Source: Candidatus Dormiibacterota bacterium (lineage in GTDB: Bacteria > Chloroflexota > Dormibacteria > Aeolococcales > Aeolococcaceae). Taken from it: a DNA stretch of 64,000 bases. Under the pieces are notes generated by a model that saw only the letters and a list, made by a program, of their open reading frames with translations, searched no databases and was not told where the DNA came from. The DNA lies in NCBI GenBank assembly GCA_036561525.1, contig DATBPD010000079.1:405-64404 (forward strand). The letters are read 5' to 3'. Position numbers and translations under genes: made by a program. Numbering within the stretch: the first letter of the stretch is position 1; every line of letters begins with the position of its first letter. Shown here piece after piece: positions 17,273-26,797 of this stretch.

Positions 17273-18294
17273 GATGCGCCCGCCATCTGCTCGGCGATCG
17301 CTCCGGCGACAGCGCGCGACGTGGCCAGACCATGACGGGTGGCCAGCAGGGGCACCTCCACGACCGGAACGCCAATCTCGGCGCGGAGCCGGCGGGCCTG
17401 CGCTTCGCCGGCGGCGTGCAATCGCTCGCCGAGCTCGAGGTCGGCTCCGATGCTGGCCACCCCCGCCACCTTGGTTCGTATCTCGGCATCGCCGGTGGCG
17501 AGGTCGGCGAGCAGCCGGCGCGAAGCCGGCGACAGCGGCGCGCGCATCATCCGATTGAGCACACATCCCCCGACGTGAACGCCGCGCTGCTTGACGATGT
17601 CGGCATAGAGCTCGAGGGTCTCCACCACCGGCATCTCCTCCGGCAGGGCCGTGAGCACCACCGTGGTGCGGCGGGCATCGGAGATGACCCCATCGATCCA
17701 CTCGACCTGGCCACGGATCATGCCGCCGCGCACCAGCGCGGCCAGCGAACGCGCGGCGTTGAGCTGCGAGAGCACGTGGCCGGTTGCGCTGCAATCCACG
17801 ACGACCAGGTCCCACGTTGGTGAGCCGTTGTCGTCGCGCTTGCGCTCCTCGAACGCCACCTTGCCGACCACGAGCATGTCGCGTGGCCCGGGCACCGCTG
17901 TGGCGATGAAGTCGAAGACCTTGGCGAGTGGCGTGGCGCGGGCCAGGCGCGGCACCTTGAAGAAGGCGTGCAGATATTCCTGGAAGGATTCCTCGGGGTG
18001 CAGCGCGAGAAAGCAGATGTTGGGCTGCGCGAGCTCGGGTTTGAAGCCGGCGCCCTTGCTGCCCAGCGCCGTCGCCAGGTCGCCCTTGGGCTCGACAGCG
18101 ATCCCCAGCACCTGCTTGCCCGCCCGGGCGGCGAGCAGCGCGATCGCGGCGGCGACGGTTGTCTTCCCGGTGCCACCCTTCCCGGCCACGAAGATGATCC
18201 GCTTGGCCAGGAGGTCGTCGAGCGTGCCTGCAGCCGACTTGCCGGTGCGGCGCTTAGGCGGCAGGGGTGGCGGCCTCGAGCACCGCGGCGGCAT
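17269..18294 (-). CDS. ArsA/Get3-like P-loop ATPase (first of a pair)
   Basis: 341 aa with motifs VAGKGGTGKTT and AVEPKGDLA. The ATG at 18294 overlaps the bcp 3' end by 41 nt. No ATG/GTG/TTG alternative before the P-loop, so the start is uncertain. Confidence 0.75.
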   Translation of the reverse strand: MPPRCSRPPPLPPKRRTGKSAAGTLDDLLAKRIIFVAGKGGTGKTTVAAAIALLAARAGKQVLGIAVEPKGDLATALGSKGAGFKPELAQPNICFLALHPEESFQEYLHAFFKVPRLARATPLAKVFDFIATAVPGPRDMLVVGKVAFEERKRDDNGSPTWDLVVVDCSATGHVLSQLNAARSLAALVRGGMIRGQVEWIDGVISDARRTTVVLTALPEEMPVVETLELYADIVKQRGVHVGGCVLNRMMRAPLSPASRRLLADLATGDAEIRTKVAGVASIGADLELGERLHAAGEAQARRLRAEIGVPVVEVPLLATRHGLATSRAVAGAIAEQMAGAS

Positions 18295-18721
18295 GACCGG
18301 CTGGCTTCACCGCGCGCCATTCCTGCTCGATCTCAGCCTCCTGACCGACCAGGAACGTGCTGCGCTCCACCCCTTTGTAGGTGCGCCCGTACATCGACTT
18401 GTCGACCCAGAGGTCGAGTGCTGCGATGAGCACATGGTCGGGGTCGCTGATCAGCGGGATGCCGAGCTCACATTTGGCGGCGAACCTGTCGTGGCTCTTG
18501 GCAGAATCCGGCGAGACCCCGTAGACGGCGATCCCGGCGGCGCGGAAATCATCAACCAGCGCGGTGAATTCACGGCCTTCGAGGGTGCAGCCGGGGGTGT
18601 CGTCCTTGGGGTAGAAGTAGAGGACGGTACGGTGTCCCAGCAGGTCGTCGCGGCACAGCCGCCCACCGCCACTCAGTGCCAGCTCGAAGTCGGGCAGTGC
18701 TGACCTGGTGCCCATGTCCAT
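18254..18721 (-). CDS. bcp: thioredoxin-dependent peroxiredoxin Bcp
   Basis: 155 aa with the peroxidatic Cys context FYFYPKDDTPGCTLEGREF. Confidence 0.9.
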   Translation of the reverse strand: MDMGTRSALPDFELALSGGGRLCRDDLLGHRTVLYFYPKDDTPGCTLEGREFTALVDDFRAAGIAVYGVSPDSAKSHDRFAAKCELGIPLISDPDHVLIAALDLWVDKSMYGRTYKGVERSTFLVGQEAEIEQEWRAVKPAGHAAAVLEAATPAA

Positions 18722-18810
18722 CTCCTCTCTGCCCGACCGCGTCGCGTGGTCAGTCTAGTGTCGAGGTGGCCGGCGAGGCTGTGAGCGCCGCTGCCTATAC
18801 TCGGCAACCG

Positions 18811-19257
18811 ATGGCCAGCCCGACTCCACGACGTGGTCGCCGCCCCAGCCCGAAGGACGAGCCGGCCATCCCGCTGGCCGTGGCCGAGGCGGCGGAGCTG
18901 GTCATCAACGCCGCGCCGCCTGCGGCGGCACGGCGCACCGCGACCGGTCTTCTGCTCCGGTTCATCTCCTGCGGACTGCTGGCCTTGAGCTTCGGCGTCA
19001 TCTGGCGTCTCACCCTGGCACCGGCGGTGGTTGGTCCCGCCAGCGCGTTCGCGGGAATCTTCTTCCTGCTGCTCGGCTTCATCGCCGGCGGGATCATGTG
19101 GTACCTGCGTGACGCGCGACGGCGCAGCGCCGAACCGGAGTCGGTGAGCGACGAGAGGCTGGTGTTCTCGTTCATCGTCTTCGCGGTGATGCCGTTCGCC
19201 GTGCTGCTGCTCGTCGGCCTGGTCTGGTTGGTGGCGCTGCTGATCGGCGCGTCCTGA
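18811..19257 (+). CDS. membrane protein (148 aa)
   Basis: Internal ATG at 18811 (MASPTPRRGRRP...). Three to four TM helices. A TATACT hexamer lies 9 nt upstream (18796-18801). Confidence 0.6.
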   Translation: MASPTPRRGRRPSPKDEPAIPLAVAEAAELVINAAPPAAARRTATGLLLRFISCGLLALSFGVIWRLTLAPAVVGPASAFAGIFFLLLGFIAGGIMWYLRDARRRSAEPESVSDERLVFSFIVFAVMPFAVLLLVGLVWLVALLIGAS

Positions 19258-19268
19258 GGGCGGCGAGG

Positions 19269-20096
19269 CTAGTTGAGGGCGGCTCGCAACCGACCGGTCA
19301 CCTCCTCGACCGCCGGCCGGTCGGACGCATCCGGCGGAGCCAGGTCGAGGTAGTGCCGCAGGTCGGACAGCGCGGCGCCGTTGTGGCCCGCCCGCCAGAG
19401 CAGCAGGCCACGATCACGCCTCTCGGTGGGTTCGTCCGGGAGCAGGGCGACGCACCGATCGGCGGCCCGCAGCGCCATGTCCCACCGCTCCATGGACGAG
19501 TAACAGCCCCGCAGATTGCGGGACATGCGCACCAGGATCACCCGGGAGCTGGCGGGCCGCAGCCACGACGGCTGCAGCTCGGCCGGTTCGCTGCCGGTTG
19601 CCTCGCCGACCAGGCGGCGGGCGGCCCGATCGTCGAGAACGTCGCCGTCGGAGGGTTCGGCAAGGACTCCGTCGACTCGAACACCGAAGTGCCCGGGCAG
19701 GCCGATGCCCTCGACGTCGAGCCCGGCGCGACGGCCCACCGCGATCCACACTGCGGCGCAACTGATCGGAATCCCGGCGCCGCGCCGAAGGACGGTGTGC
19801 AGGTAATGAGCGCGCGGATCGCCGCCACCGCTGCGTCGCAGGCCCACACGTTCGCGGAGCAGTGCGCGGATGATCGCCACAGCGTCGGCACCGCGGCTGC
19901 CATTGAGTTGGGTCCTGATCTCCGCGGCAAGCCCGTCGACCATGCGCAGCGCTCCGGGCACGTCAACATCCGAGCAATCCTCAGCCGCCAGCCAGAGCGC
20001 TCCCTCGGCGATGTCGCCGCGGGGATTGCCGGCGCAGGCGAGGAGGGCGCGGCGCGGATCCGGTTCCATGAGGGCGCCAATGATGCGCCGTGACAC
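19269..20096 (-). CDS. transglutaminase-like / TPR protein of the SirB1 (UPF0162) family
   Basis: 275 aa. Pattern of an N-terminal transglutaminase-like region (IPISCAAVWIAVGRRAGL...GLPGHFGVRV) followed by a C-terminal TPR-like region. Recognised by eye only. Confidence 0.5.
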   Translation of the reverse strand: MSRRIIGALMEPDPRRALLACAGNPRGDIAEGALWLAAEDCSDVDVPGALRMVDGLAAEIRTQLNGSRGADAVAIIRALLRERVGLRRSGGGDPRAHYLHTVLRRGAGIPISCAAVWIAVGRRAGLDVEGIGLPGHFGVRVDGVLAEPSDGDVLDDRAARRLVGEATGSEPAELQPSWLRPASSRVILVRMSRNLRGCYSSMERWDMALRAADRCVALLPDEPTERRDRGLLLWRAGHNGAALSDLRHYLDLAPPDASDRPAVEEVTGRLRAALN

Positions 20097-20142
20097 ACCC
20101 CGCCTCGCTCCGTTCGGAGGAGGGTTACACGTCGACCGTTGT

Positions 20143-20148
20143 TAGACT
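20143..20148 (+). promoter_or_regulatory. -10 hexamer TAGACT placed 6 nt before the dxs ATG (leaderless geometry)
   Basis: TAGACT-gggtcg-ATG read directly. No Shine-Dalgarno sequence is possible in that space. Confidence 0.45.
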
Positions 20149-20154
20149 GGGTCG

Positions 20155-22035
20155 ATGCTCCTCGAGGAGATCTCCGGCCCGGAGGACCTGCGGGCCCTGG
20201 GCAGCGCTGATCTCGATCGACTCTGCGTCGAGATCCGAGAGCGTCTGATCAGCGCGGTCGCTCGAACCGGCGGACACCTCGGTCCCAACCTCGGCGTCGT
20301 CGAGCTGACCGTGGCGATGCACCGGGTGTTCGACTCACCGCGCGACAGCATCGTCTTCGATACCGGGCACCAGGCGTATGTCCACAAGATGCTCACCGGC
20401 CGGGCCGATCTGTTCGGCACGCTGCGCCAGCACGGCGGCCTGAGCGGCTACCCGTCGCGCAGCGAGTCGGAGCACGACATCGTCGAAAACTCGCACGCCT
20501 CCACGGGCCTCAGCTACGCGCTCGCCCTGGCCACGGCACGGGAGTTGCGCGGCGCCAGCGGCAAGGTGATCTGCGTCATCGGCGACGGGGCGCTCACCGG
20601 CGGGATGGCGTACGAAGCGCTCAACAACATCGGCCAGCGCCAGCCCGAGATGATCATCGTCCTCAACGACAACGGTCGCTCCTACGCACCGACGGTGGGT
20701 GGCATCGCCGAGAACCTCGGCCAGCTCCGCCTGTCACCGAAGTACGAGCGCGCCAAGGAGGCGGCCGGACAGACGCTGCGCCAGCTCCCCGTCGTTGGGC
20801 AGTCGGCGTACGGCGCTGCCAAGCGCATGAAGGATTCCCTCAAGCAGCTGGTGAGTCCCATCTCCATCTTCGAAACGCTGGGTTTGAAATACGGCGGACC
20901 GATCGACGGCCATGACGTGCGCGCGCTCGAGAAGGCGCTGCGTGACGCTGCCGCCTTCCGCGGCCCGGTTGTGATCCACGTGGTCACCGACAAGGGCCAC
21001 GGCTATGCGCCGGCCGTGGACGATTCCATCGACAAGTTCCACGGGGTGTCGAGCTTCGATCCCGGCAGCGGGAGCTTCTCGAGCAAGCCGCCGGCGTGGA
21101 CCGACGTGTTTGGCGAGGCGCTTCTCGAAGCCGCTGAGGACGATGACCGCATCGTGGCCATCACCGCTGCGATGGCGTCGTCGACAGGGCTCCTGCCATT
21201 CGCGGCGCGCTTCCCGGAGCGGTTCTTTGACGTCGGGATCGCCGAGCAGCATGCGGTCACCTTCGCGGCCGGGCTGGCCATGCAAGGGCTTCGGCCGGTC
21301 GTCTGCATCTACTCCACCTTCCTGCAGCGTGCCTTCGATCAGGTCACGTGTGACGTGGCCCTGCACAAGCTGCCGGTGACCTTCGTGCTCGATCGTGCCG
21401 GCATCACCGGCGACGACGGCGCCTCGCACCACGGGATGCTCGACCTCGCCTACCTGCGGATGATCCCGGGGATGACGGTCACGGCGCCGAGCTCTCCAGA
21501 CGAGCTGCGCCTCCTGCTGGCGACTGCGCTTTCCCACAACGGCCCGTTTGCGCTGCGCTACCCGCGTGGCGCGGCGCCGCATGCAGGATCTGTGGCGATG
21601 CGGCCGCTACCCATCGCCACCATGAACGTCGTCCGCACCGGCGATGACATCGCCCTGCTCGCGGTTGGCAAGATGGTCGCTGTGGCCAGCGCGGCCGCCG
21701 AGGTGCTCAGCGCTGAGGGCATCGCCTGCACCGTGGTGGACGCTCGATTCGTCAAGCCTCTCGACCCGGCGATGGCCGGGCTGGCAGCGCGCCACCCGGC
21801 GGTGCTGACCATCGAGGATGGCACCGTCATCGGCGGCTTCGGCGATGCGGTGCTCGAGGCGCTGGCGGACATGGGTGTGGCGGTGCCGGTCCGGCGCCTC
21901 GGGCTGCCTGACAGCTTCATCGAACACGGGGCGCAACCCCTTCTGCTGCACCAGTTTTCGCTTGATGTCGACGGCGTCACCGGCGCGGTGCGGGAGCTGC
22001 TCAGGGAGCGCCGGCCCAGCGTGCTGGCCGGGTAG
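20155..22035 (+). CDS. dxs: 1-deoxy-D-xylulose-5-phosphate synthase
   Basis: 626 aa. Motifs: GGHLGPNLGVVELT, DTGHQAYVHKMLTGR, GDGALTGGMAYEALNN. Transketolase-like middle and C-terminal domains. Confidence 0.95.
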   Translation: MLLEEISGPEDLRALGSADLDRLCVEIRERLISAVARTGGHLGPNLGVVELTVAMHRVFDSPRDSIVFDTGHQAYVHKMLTGRADLFGTLRQHGGLSGYPSRSESEHDIVENSHASTGLSYALALATARELRGASGKVICVIGDGALTGGMAYEALNNIGQRQPEMIIVLNDNGRSYAPTVGGIAENLGQLRLSPKYERAKEAAGQTLRQLPVVGQSAYGAAKRMKDSLKQLVSPISIFETLGLKYGGPIDGHDVRALEKALRDAAAFRGPVVIHVVTDKGHGYAPAVDDSIDKFHGVSSFDPGSGSFSSKPPAWTDVFGEALLEAAEDDDRIVAITAAMASSTGLLPFAARFPERFFDVGIAEQHAVTFAAGLAMQGLRPVVCIYSTFLQRAFDQVTCDVALHKLPVTFVLDRAGITGDDGASHHGMLDLAYLRMIPGMTVTAPSSPDELRLLLATALSHNGPFALRYPRGAAPHAGSVAMRPLPIATMNVVRTGDDIALLAVGKMVAVASAAAEVLSAEGIACTVVDARFVKPLDPAMAGLAARHPAVLTIEDGTVIGGFGDAVLEALADMGVAVPVRRLGLPDSFIEHGAQPLLLHQFSLDVDGVTGAVRELLRERRPSVLAG

Positions 22036-22037
22036 CG

Positions 22038-22448
22038 GTGGGTCACCAGGAGGCGATCGACTTCCTGCGCAACAACCACCGCGCGGTGCTGGCGACCCAT
22101 CGCCGCGACGGCGGCATCCAGCAATCACCCGTCGTCGCTGCGGTCGATGCTGACGATCGGGTGGTCATCAGCAGCCGCACTGGAGCGATGAAGACGCTGA
22201 ACCTGCGGCGCGATCCCCGCGCCAGCCTGTGCGTGATGAACAACGGCTTCTTCGGCGAGTGGCACGGCGTCGATGGGCCGGTGGAGATCGTCGAGCTGCC
22301 AGAGGCCATGGAGCCCCTGGTCGATTACTACCGCCAGGTCTCCGGCGAGCACCCCGATTGGGACGAGTATCGCTCCGCGATGCGAAGCGAGGGCCGCGTG
22401 CTGCTGCGGCTCACCATCGAGCGCAGCGGCCCCCTCGTCGAGGGTTAG
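22038..22448 (+). CDS. PPOX-class (pyridoxamine 5'-phosphate oxidase fold) oxidoreductase, possibly F420-dependent
   Basis: 136 aa. Pattern FLRNNHRAVLATHRRDGGIQQSPV...DPRASL typical of small PPOX-class flavin/deazaflavin proteins. The cofactor cannot be decided from the sequence. Confidence 0.6.
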   Translation: MGHQEAIDFLRNNHRAVLATHRRDGGIQQSPVVAAVDADDRVVISSRTGAMKTLNLRRDPRASLCVMNNGFFGEWHGVDGPVEIVELPEAMEPLVDYYRQVSGEHPDWDEYRSAMRSEGRVLLRLTIERSGPLVEG

Positions 22449-23590
22449 CCGGCCCGGTCCCGATCCGCGAGCGCTTGACGCAGCGGACCGCCGCACTCCC
22501 GTGGGGTGACCTGTTCAACCACGACCTCGTCGCAGCCGACCCACGACGCCGCGCCGCGCAGAGCCGCCGCCATGGCGGCGAGGGCGCGCGGCTCGAGCGA
22601 CACCTGCCGGGCTCGCAACACTGTGCCATCGCGCTTGGGATCAACCCGTCCGCGCAGCTTGCCGGCGGCGAGCAGCGGCATCACGAAGTAGCCGTGCTCT
22701 CGTTTGGCAGCGGGCGTGTACGCCTCGAGTCGATGGCGGAAGCCGAACAGCCGCTCAGTGCGACGCCGGTGCCAGATGAGCGAGTCGAAAGGCGAGAGCA
22801 GCACCGGCCGATGTCGCGTCGCCGGCGGCCTGCCGTCCAAGGCTGAACGGTGTGCCCAGGTGGGCCTGGTCCAACCCTGCACGACGGTGCGCACCAGGCC
22901 GGCGGCTTCGGCCGCGGCGCGGATCACGATCATCGGCAGGCGGAAGTAATCGGCGAGATCGTCGTCGGTGGCCACCCCCATGTGCGCCGCGGCCCGGGCC
23001 ACGAGACCTGCGAAGCAGGCTTGGTCGTCGAGGTCGACGGCCAGCAACTCAGCCGGTATGGCGCGTTCGGTGAGGGTGTAGACGCGACGGAAGCCGCGTC
23101 GCTCGACGCACACCACCTCCCCTCGAGCCAACAACTGCTCGACGGCGGTCTTGAGCGGACTCCATTCCCACCAACCGGGCGTGATCCTCGCGCCGCCGAG
23201 ATCGGCGGTGGTCAGGGGGCCGAGGTCGCGCAGCCGTGCGAGGATCTCACCCTGTTCGCGGGTTGGTCCCGGCCAACGGCGCGCGTAGCGCCGGCGGCGC
23301 CACGCGAACAGTGGCCACAGCTCGAGAGGGACGACGCACGCGGCGTGAGCCCAATATTCAAACGTCCCGGCGCTGCCCCACCAGGCCCGGGCGATGTCGG
23401 CGCGGCTGACTGAGCCGAGTCGTGAGAAAGCCACAAGCTCATGCGACCGGGCGATCACCGAGATGGTGTCGATCTGGATCGCGCTGAGCTGCTCGAGGAG
23501 CCGCAGAGGATCGCGGTGACGCCGTCCGGTGAGCCGCTGCGCCGCGATCGCCAGTGCGCGTGCGTCCGCGTTGCTCAACTCGACGGTCAC
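22445..23590 (-). CDS. winged-helix DNA glycosylase of the YcaQ/AlkZ family
   Basis: 381 aa with N-terminal ARALAIAAQRL...LLEQLSAIQIDTISV and overall family length and pattern. GTG start. Confidence 0.65.
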   Translation of the reverse strand: MTVELSNADARALAIAAQRLTGRRHRDPLRLLEQLSAIQIDTISVIARSHELVAFSRLGSVSRADIARAWWGSAGTFEYWAHAACVVPLELWPLFAWRRRRYARRWPGPTREQGEILARLRDLGPLTTADLGGARITPGWWEWSPLKTAVEQLLARGEVVCVERRGFRRVYTLTERAIPAELLAVDLDDQACFAGLVARAAAHMGVATDDDLADYFRLPMIVIRAAAEAAGLVRTVVQGWTRPTWAHRSALDGRPPATRHRPVLLSPFDSLIWHRRRTERLFGFRHRLEAYTPAAKREHGYFVMPLLAAGKLRGRVDPKRDGTVLRARQVSLEPRALAAMAAALRGAASWVGCDEVVVEQVTPRECGGPLRQALADRDRAG

Positions 23591-23621
23591 GGTCGGCTAC
23601 TCTCGCAGAAGCCGGCGGCGC

Positions 23622-23627
23622 TACCGT
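23622..23627 (+). promoter_or_regulatory. -10-like hexamer TACCGT 7 nt before the dksA-like ATG (leaderless geometry)
   Basis: TACCGT-tgtgggc-ATG read directly. The divergent gap to ycaQ is only 44 nt. Confidence 0.35.
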
Positions 23628-23634
23628 TGTGGGC

Positions 23635-24003
23635 ATGGAGCCGGGCCAGGGAAGCAGCCGAGCGGAGGCAGTGCGCACCGTCCTCGAGGCGAAGCGAGCC
23701 GAGCTGCTGCGCAGGATCGATGAGTTCGGCGCCACTGATCCCGCCGAGACGTCGAACCTGAACTTCGGCAAGCGGATCGGCGACGGCACCACGTACGCGG
23801 TCGAGCGCATGACCGGGGCGTACCAGGCGAGCACCCTGTTCGAAACCGTCAAGGAGATCGACCAGGCGCTGGAGCTGCTGGAGTCCGGCGACTACGGCCG
23901 GTGCACCACCTGCGGGCGGCAGATTCCCGAAGAACGCCTGGCTGTGATCCCGTGGGCGGCGCTGTGCGTGCGGTGCCGCAGCGCGCGGCCGCGGCTGCCC
24001 TAG
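23635..24003 (+). CDS. DksA/TraR-family C4 zinc-finger protein
   Basis: 122 aa from internal ATG 23635. A coiled-coil region is followed by CTTCGRQIPEERL...CVRC. Confidence 0.75.
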   Translation: MEPGQGSSRAEAVRTVLEAKRAELLRRIDEFGATDPAETSNLNFGKRIGDGTTYAVERMTGAYQASTLFETVKEIDQALELLESGDYGRCTTCGRQIPEERLAVIPWAALCVRCRSARPRLP

Positions 24004-24221
24004 GGGGTCTGGTTACGGCGCCGCTCGGAGAGTGGATGCGCGTACGGGCGGCGGATGCGGGCGTGAGCACGACGCTGAGCGACACTGGCCGTCAGCAGTG
24101 CCGCGACGGCGCCGCACCAGTCAGCCTCCTCGTCGACCTGTCCCTCCGCGGTGGAGGCGTCCACGAGGCCACCGTACGACATCACGGCGGGCGCGTCGAG
24201 AAGATCGATGGGAACTGCCAT
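24000..24221 (-). CDS. hypothetical small protein (73 aa; acidic N-terminal half, Arg-rich tail)
   Basis: GGAGGG Shine-Dalgarno sequence 9 nt upstream of the ATG. About 78% GC3 by hand count, slightly below neighbouring genes. Same strand as glnA and 144 nt downstream of it. No family recognised. Confidence 0.3.
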   Translation of the reverse strand: MAVPIDLLDAPAVMSYGGLVDASTAEGQVDEEADWCGAVAALLTASVAQRRAHARIRRPYAHPLSERRRNQTP

Positions 24222-24365
24222 AGGACTGGGCCCTCCGTTGTGTCGGGGTTGATCTGGTACCGGCCCACCCTAGGCGTGCCCGCGCGGCAAATGCAAACTC
24301 CGCGGACGCAGCGATTGCGCCGTCGCTACGAAACAACGAAAGCCACGGCTCGCGTTCTCACCCCG

Positions 24366-25859
24366 CTAGGCATCGTAGTACAAGAAAAACTCGTAGGGGT
24401 GGGGGCGCAGTGCGATCGGATCGACCTCGCTCTCGCGCTTGTAGGCGATATAGGTGTCGAGGAGATCGGTGGTGAACACGCCACCACGGAGCAGGAACTC
24501 CTGGTCGCTCTCGAGAGCGTCGAGCACCTCGGAGAGCGAGCCGGGCAGGTCGCGCACGCGCTCTGCCTCGCGTCCTTCGAGCTCGTAGAGGTCGGCGTCG
24601 ACCGGCATCGGCGGCTCGATCTTGTTCTGGACTCCATCAAGGCCGGCCATCAGCATCGCCGAGAACGCCAGGTACGGGTTGCACATCGGGTCGGGCGAGC
24701 GGAACTCGAGGCGCCGCGCCGCGGGCTTGTCGCTGTACGTCGGGATACGAACGCAGGCGCTGCGATTGCGCGCGCTGTACGCGAGCTTGATGGGCGCCTC
24801 GTAGCCCGGCACCAGGCGGCGGTAACTGTTCGTGGTCGGCGCCGCGAACGCGAGCACGGCCGGAGCGTGCTTGAGCAGTCCGCCGATGTACCAGCGCGCC
24901 GTGTCACTGAGCAGCGCGTAGCCGTTGGCATCATAGAACAGAGGTTCGTCGCCGTTCCACAGCGACTGATGGGTGTGCATCCCGCTGCCGTTGTCACCGA
25001 ACAGCGGCTTGGGCATGAACGTGGCGGTGAACCCCTCGCGATAGCACACGCTCTTGACGATGTACTTGTACTGCAGCACCTTGTCTGCCATCGACACCAG
25101 CGTGTCGAAGCGCATGTCGATCTCGGCCTGGCCGGCGGTGCCGACCTCGTGGTGGTGGACCTCGATGTCGATGCCGGACTCGATCATCGCCAGCACGATC
25201 CGGCTGCGCAGGTCCTGCTGCTTGTCCACCGGGGGCACCGGAAAGTACCCGCTCTTCAGCTTGGGCCGGTAGCCGAGGTTGGCGGTGCCGTTCTTGCCGG
25301 TGTTCCACACCCCCTCGTCGGAATCGATGAAGTAGTACCCCTCATGGGTGTTCTGGTCATAGCGGATCGAGTTGAAGATGTAGAACTCGGCCTCCGGGCC
25401 CCAGTAGGAGGTGTCGGCGATGCCCGACTTGCGCAGGTACTCCTCGGCCTTGCGAGCCACATATCGCGGGTCACGGCTGTAGGGCTGGCGCGTGATCGGG
25501 TCGGCGATGTCGCACACCACCACCAGGGTGGGCACGTCGAGGACCGGGTCGAGGAACACCCGAGCCGGATCGGGGAAGAGCAGCATGTCGCTCTCGTGGA
25601 TCTTCTGAAAGCCGCGAATGCTCGAGCCATCGAAGCCGATTCCGTCCTTGAACACCGACTCGGTGAGCTGGCTGACGGGCACGCTGAAGTGCTGCCACGT
25701 ACCCGGAAGATCGGTGAACCGCAGGTCGACCATCTTCACGCCCAATTCCTTGGCGCGGCTGATGACGTCCTTGGGGCTGGGGGCGGAGACGGCGGTCGGG
25801 GACATCGTGGACGGCACCTCTGCTGTGAACCTGGCGGCTACCGACTCGTCGATCGCCAT
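24366..25859 (-). CDS. glnA: glutamine synthetase type I
   Basis: 497 aa with GS beta-grasp and catalytic motifs (MVDLRFTDLPG, FGDNGSGMHTHQSLW, NSYRRLVPGYEAP, RIPTYS). Strong GGAGGAG Shine-Dalgarno sequence before ATG 25859. Confidence 0.95.
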   Translation of the reverse strand: MAIDESVAARFTAEVPSTMSPTAVSAPSPKDVISRAKELGVKMVDLRFTDLPGTWQHFSVPVSQLTESVFKDGIGFDGSSIRGFQKIHESDMLLFPDPARVFLDPVLDVPTLVVVCDIADPITRQPYSRDPRYVARKAEEYLRKSGIADTSYWGPEAEFYIFNSIRYDQNTHEGYYFIDSDEGVWNTGKNGTANLGYRPKLKSGYFPVPPVDKQQDLRSRIVLAMIESGIDIEVHHHEVGTAGQAEIDMRFDTLVSMADKVLQYKYIVKSVCYREGFTATFMPKPLFGDNGSGMHTHQSLWNGDEPLFYDANGYALLSDTARWYIGGLLKHAPAVLAFAAPTTNSYRRLVPGYEAPIKLAYSARNRSACVRIPTYSDKPAARRLEFRSPDPMCNPYLAFSAMLMAGLDGVQNKIEPPMPVDADLYELEGREAERVRDLPGSLSEVLDALESDQEFLLRGGVFTTDLLDTYIAYKRESEVDPIALRPHPYEFFLYYDA

Positions 25860-25927
25860 GCGCTCCTCCCCCTGGTGGTTGGCTGCCGGTCACGCGGAGG
25901 GCTGGGACCGCTGGACGTGGCCGGATT

Positions 25928-25953
25928 GTCATGGTTCAGGCTAGTCCCATGAC
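25928..25953. promoter_or_regulatory. inverted repeat GTCATGG-N12-CCATGAC upstream of glnA
   Basis: Perfect 7-bp arms read directly, 69-94 nt upstream of the glnA ATG. Function unknown. Confidence 0.35.
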
Positions 25954-26042
25954 GGGCGTGGTCACTATGGACAGTGCACCTCAGAGCGGAGGGTCGCGCC
26001 TTGTGTACGGCGCACAAAGGCGGCCTTTCCAGCAGGGCCAGG

Positions 26043-26330
<288 letters not shown>

Positions 26331-26428
26331 GGCCGAGCGAGTCTACCGCGAGGGGTGCTTAGCCTGACCTAAGAGCGGGGGGGCATGGATGGGGGTGTGC
26401 GAGGAGGGAACCTGTTTCCCCCTCGGCC

Positions 26429-26797
26429 TCAGTGTCCCCAGTGCTCTGGTTGGAGGTGACGCACGATGGCGTCGCCGCGCTCACCGGTGCGAATCCGAAC
26501 GGCGTCGTCGACTGGGTGGATGAAGATCTTCCCATCGCCAACCTCACCCGTCCTGGCGGCGCCGGTGATGGCTGTGACCACCGCCTCCACCATCGAGTCG
26601 CCCACCACCGCCTCGACCTTCACCTTGCGCTGCAGTGAGATGTTCGCCCGTGCGCCTCGGTAGGTCTCGGTGTAACCACGCTGCGCGCCGCAGCCGAGCA
26701 CCTCGGTGACGGTGAGACCCGAGGCGCCGAGCGCATCCATCGCGTCCTGTACGGCCTGCAGCCTCTCGGGCCTGATGATCGCCTCGACTTTCTTCAT
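26429..26797 (-). CDS. glnK: nitrogen regulatory protein P-II (GlnK)
   Basis: 122 aa from internal ATG 26797, which overlaps the amtB stop (ATGA). MKKVEAIIRP start and a T-loop with YRGA. Short C-terminal extension. Confidence 0.9.
   Translation of the reverse strand: MKKVEAIIRPERLQAVQDAMDALGASGLTVTEVLGCGAQRGYTETYRGARANISLQRKVKVEAVVGDSMVEAVVTAITGAARTGEVGDGKIFIHPVDDAVRIRTGERGDAIVRHLQPEHWGH

Noticed and set aside
16103-17815. Long N-terminal extensions offered by the ORF track. Affected ORFs are 16103..17815, 43995..45953, 28475..30412, 30141..31670, 34444..35805, 26429..26974, 8612..10438, 40519..41046, 5396..6103, 6646..7785 and 7017..8600.
   Set aside because: The extensions overlap the upstream gene or are Arg/Pro/Gly-rich non-protein-like sequence. 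Internal starts with an ATGA/GTGA overlap, a Shine-Dalgarno sequence or -10 geometry give proteins of the expected family length.
26401-26424. Hairpin GAGGAGGGAAC..GTTTCCCCCTC just after glnK, and similar GC-rich hairpins after glnA, fdxA and the EAL gene, considered as intrinsic terminators.
   Set aside because: The stems are imperfect and none is followed by a U-tract on the transcribed strand. I cannot support them as terminators from sequence alone.
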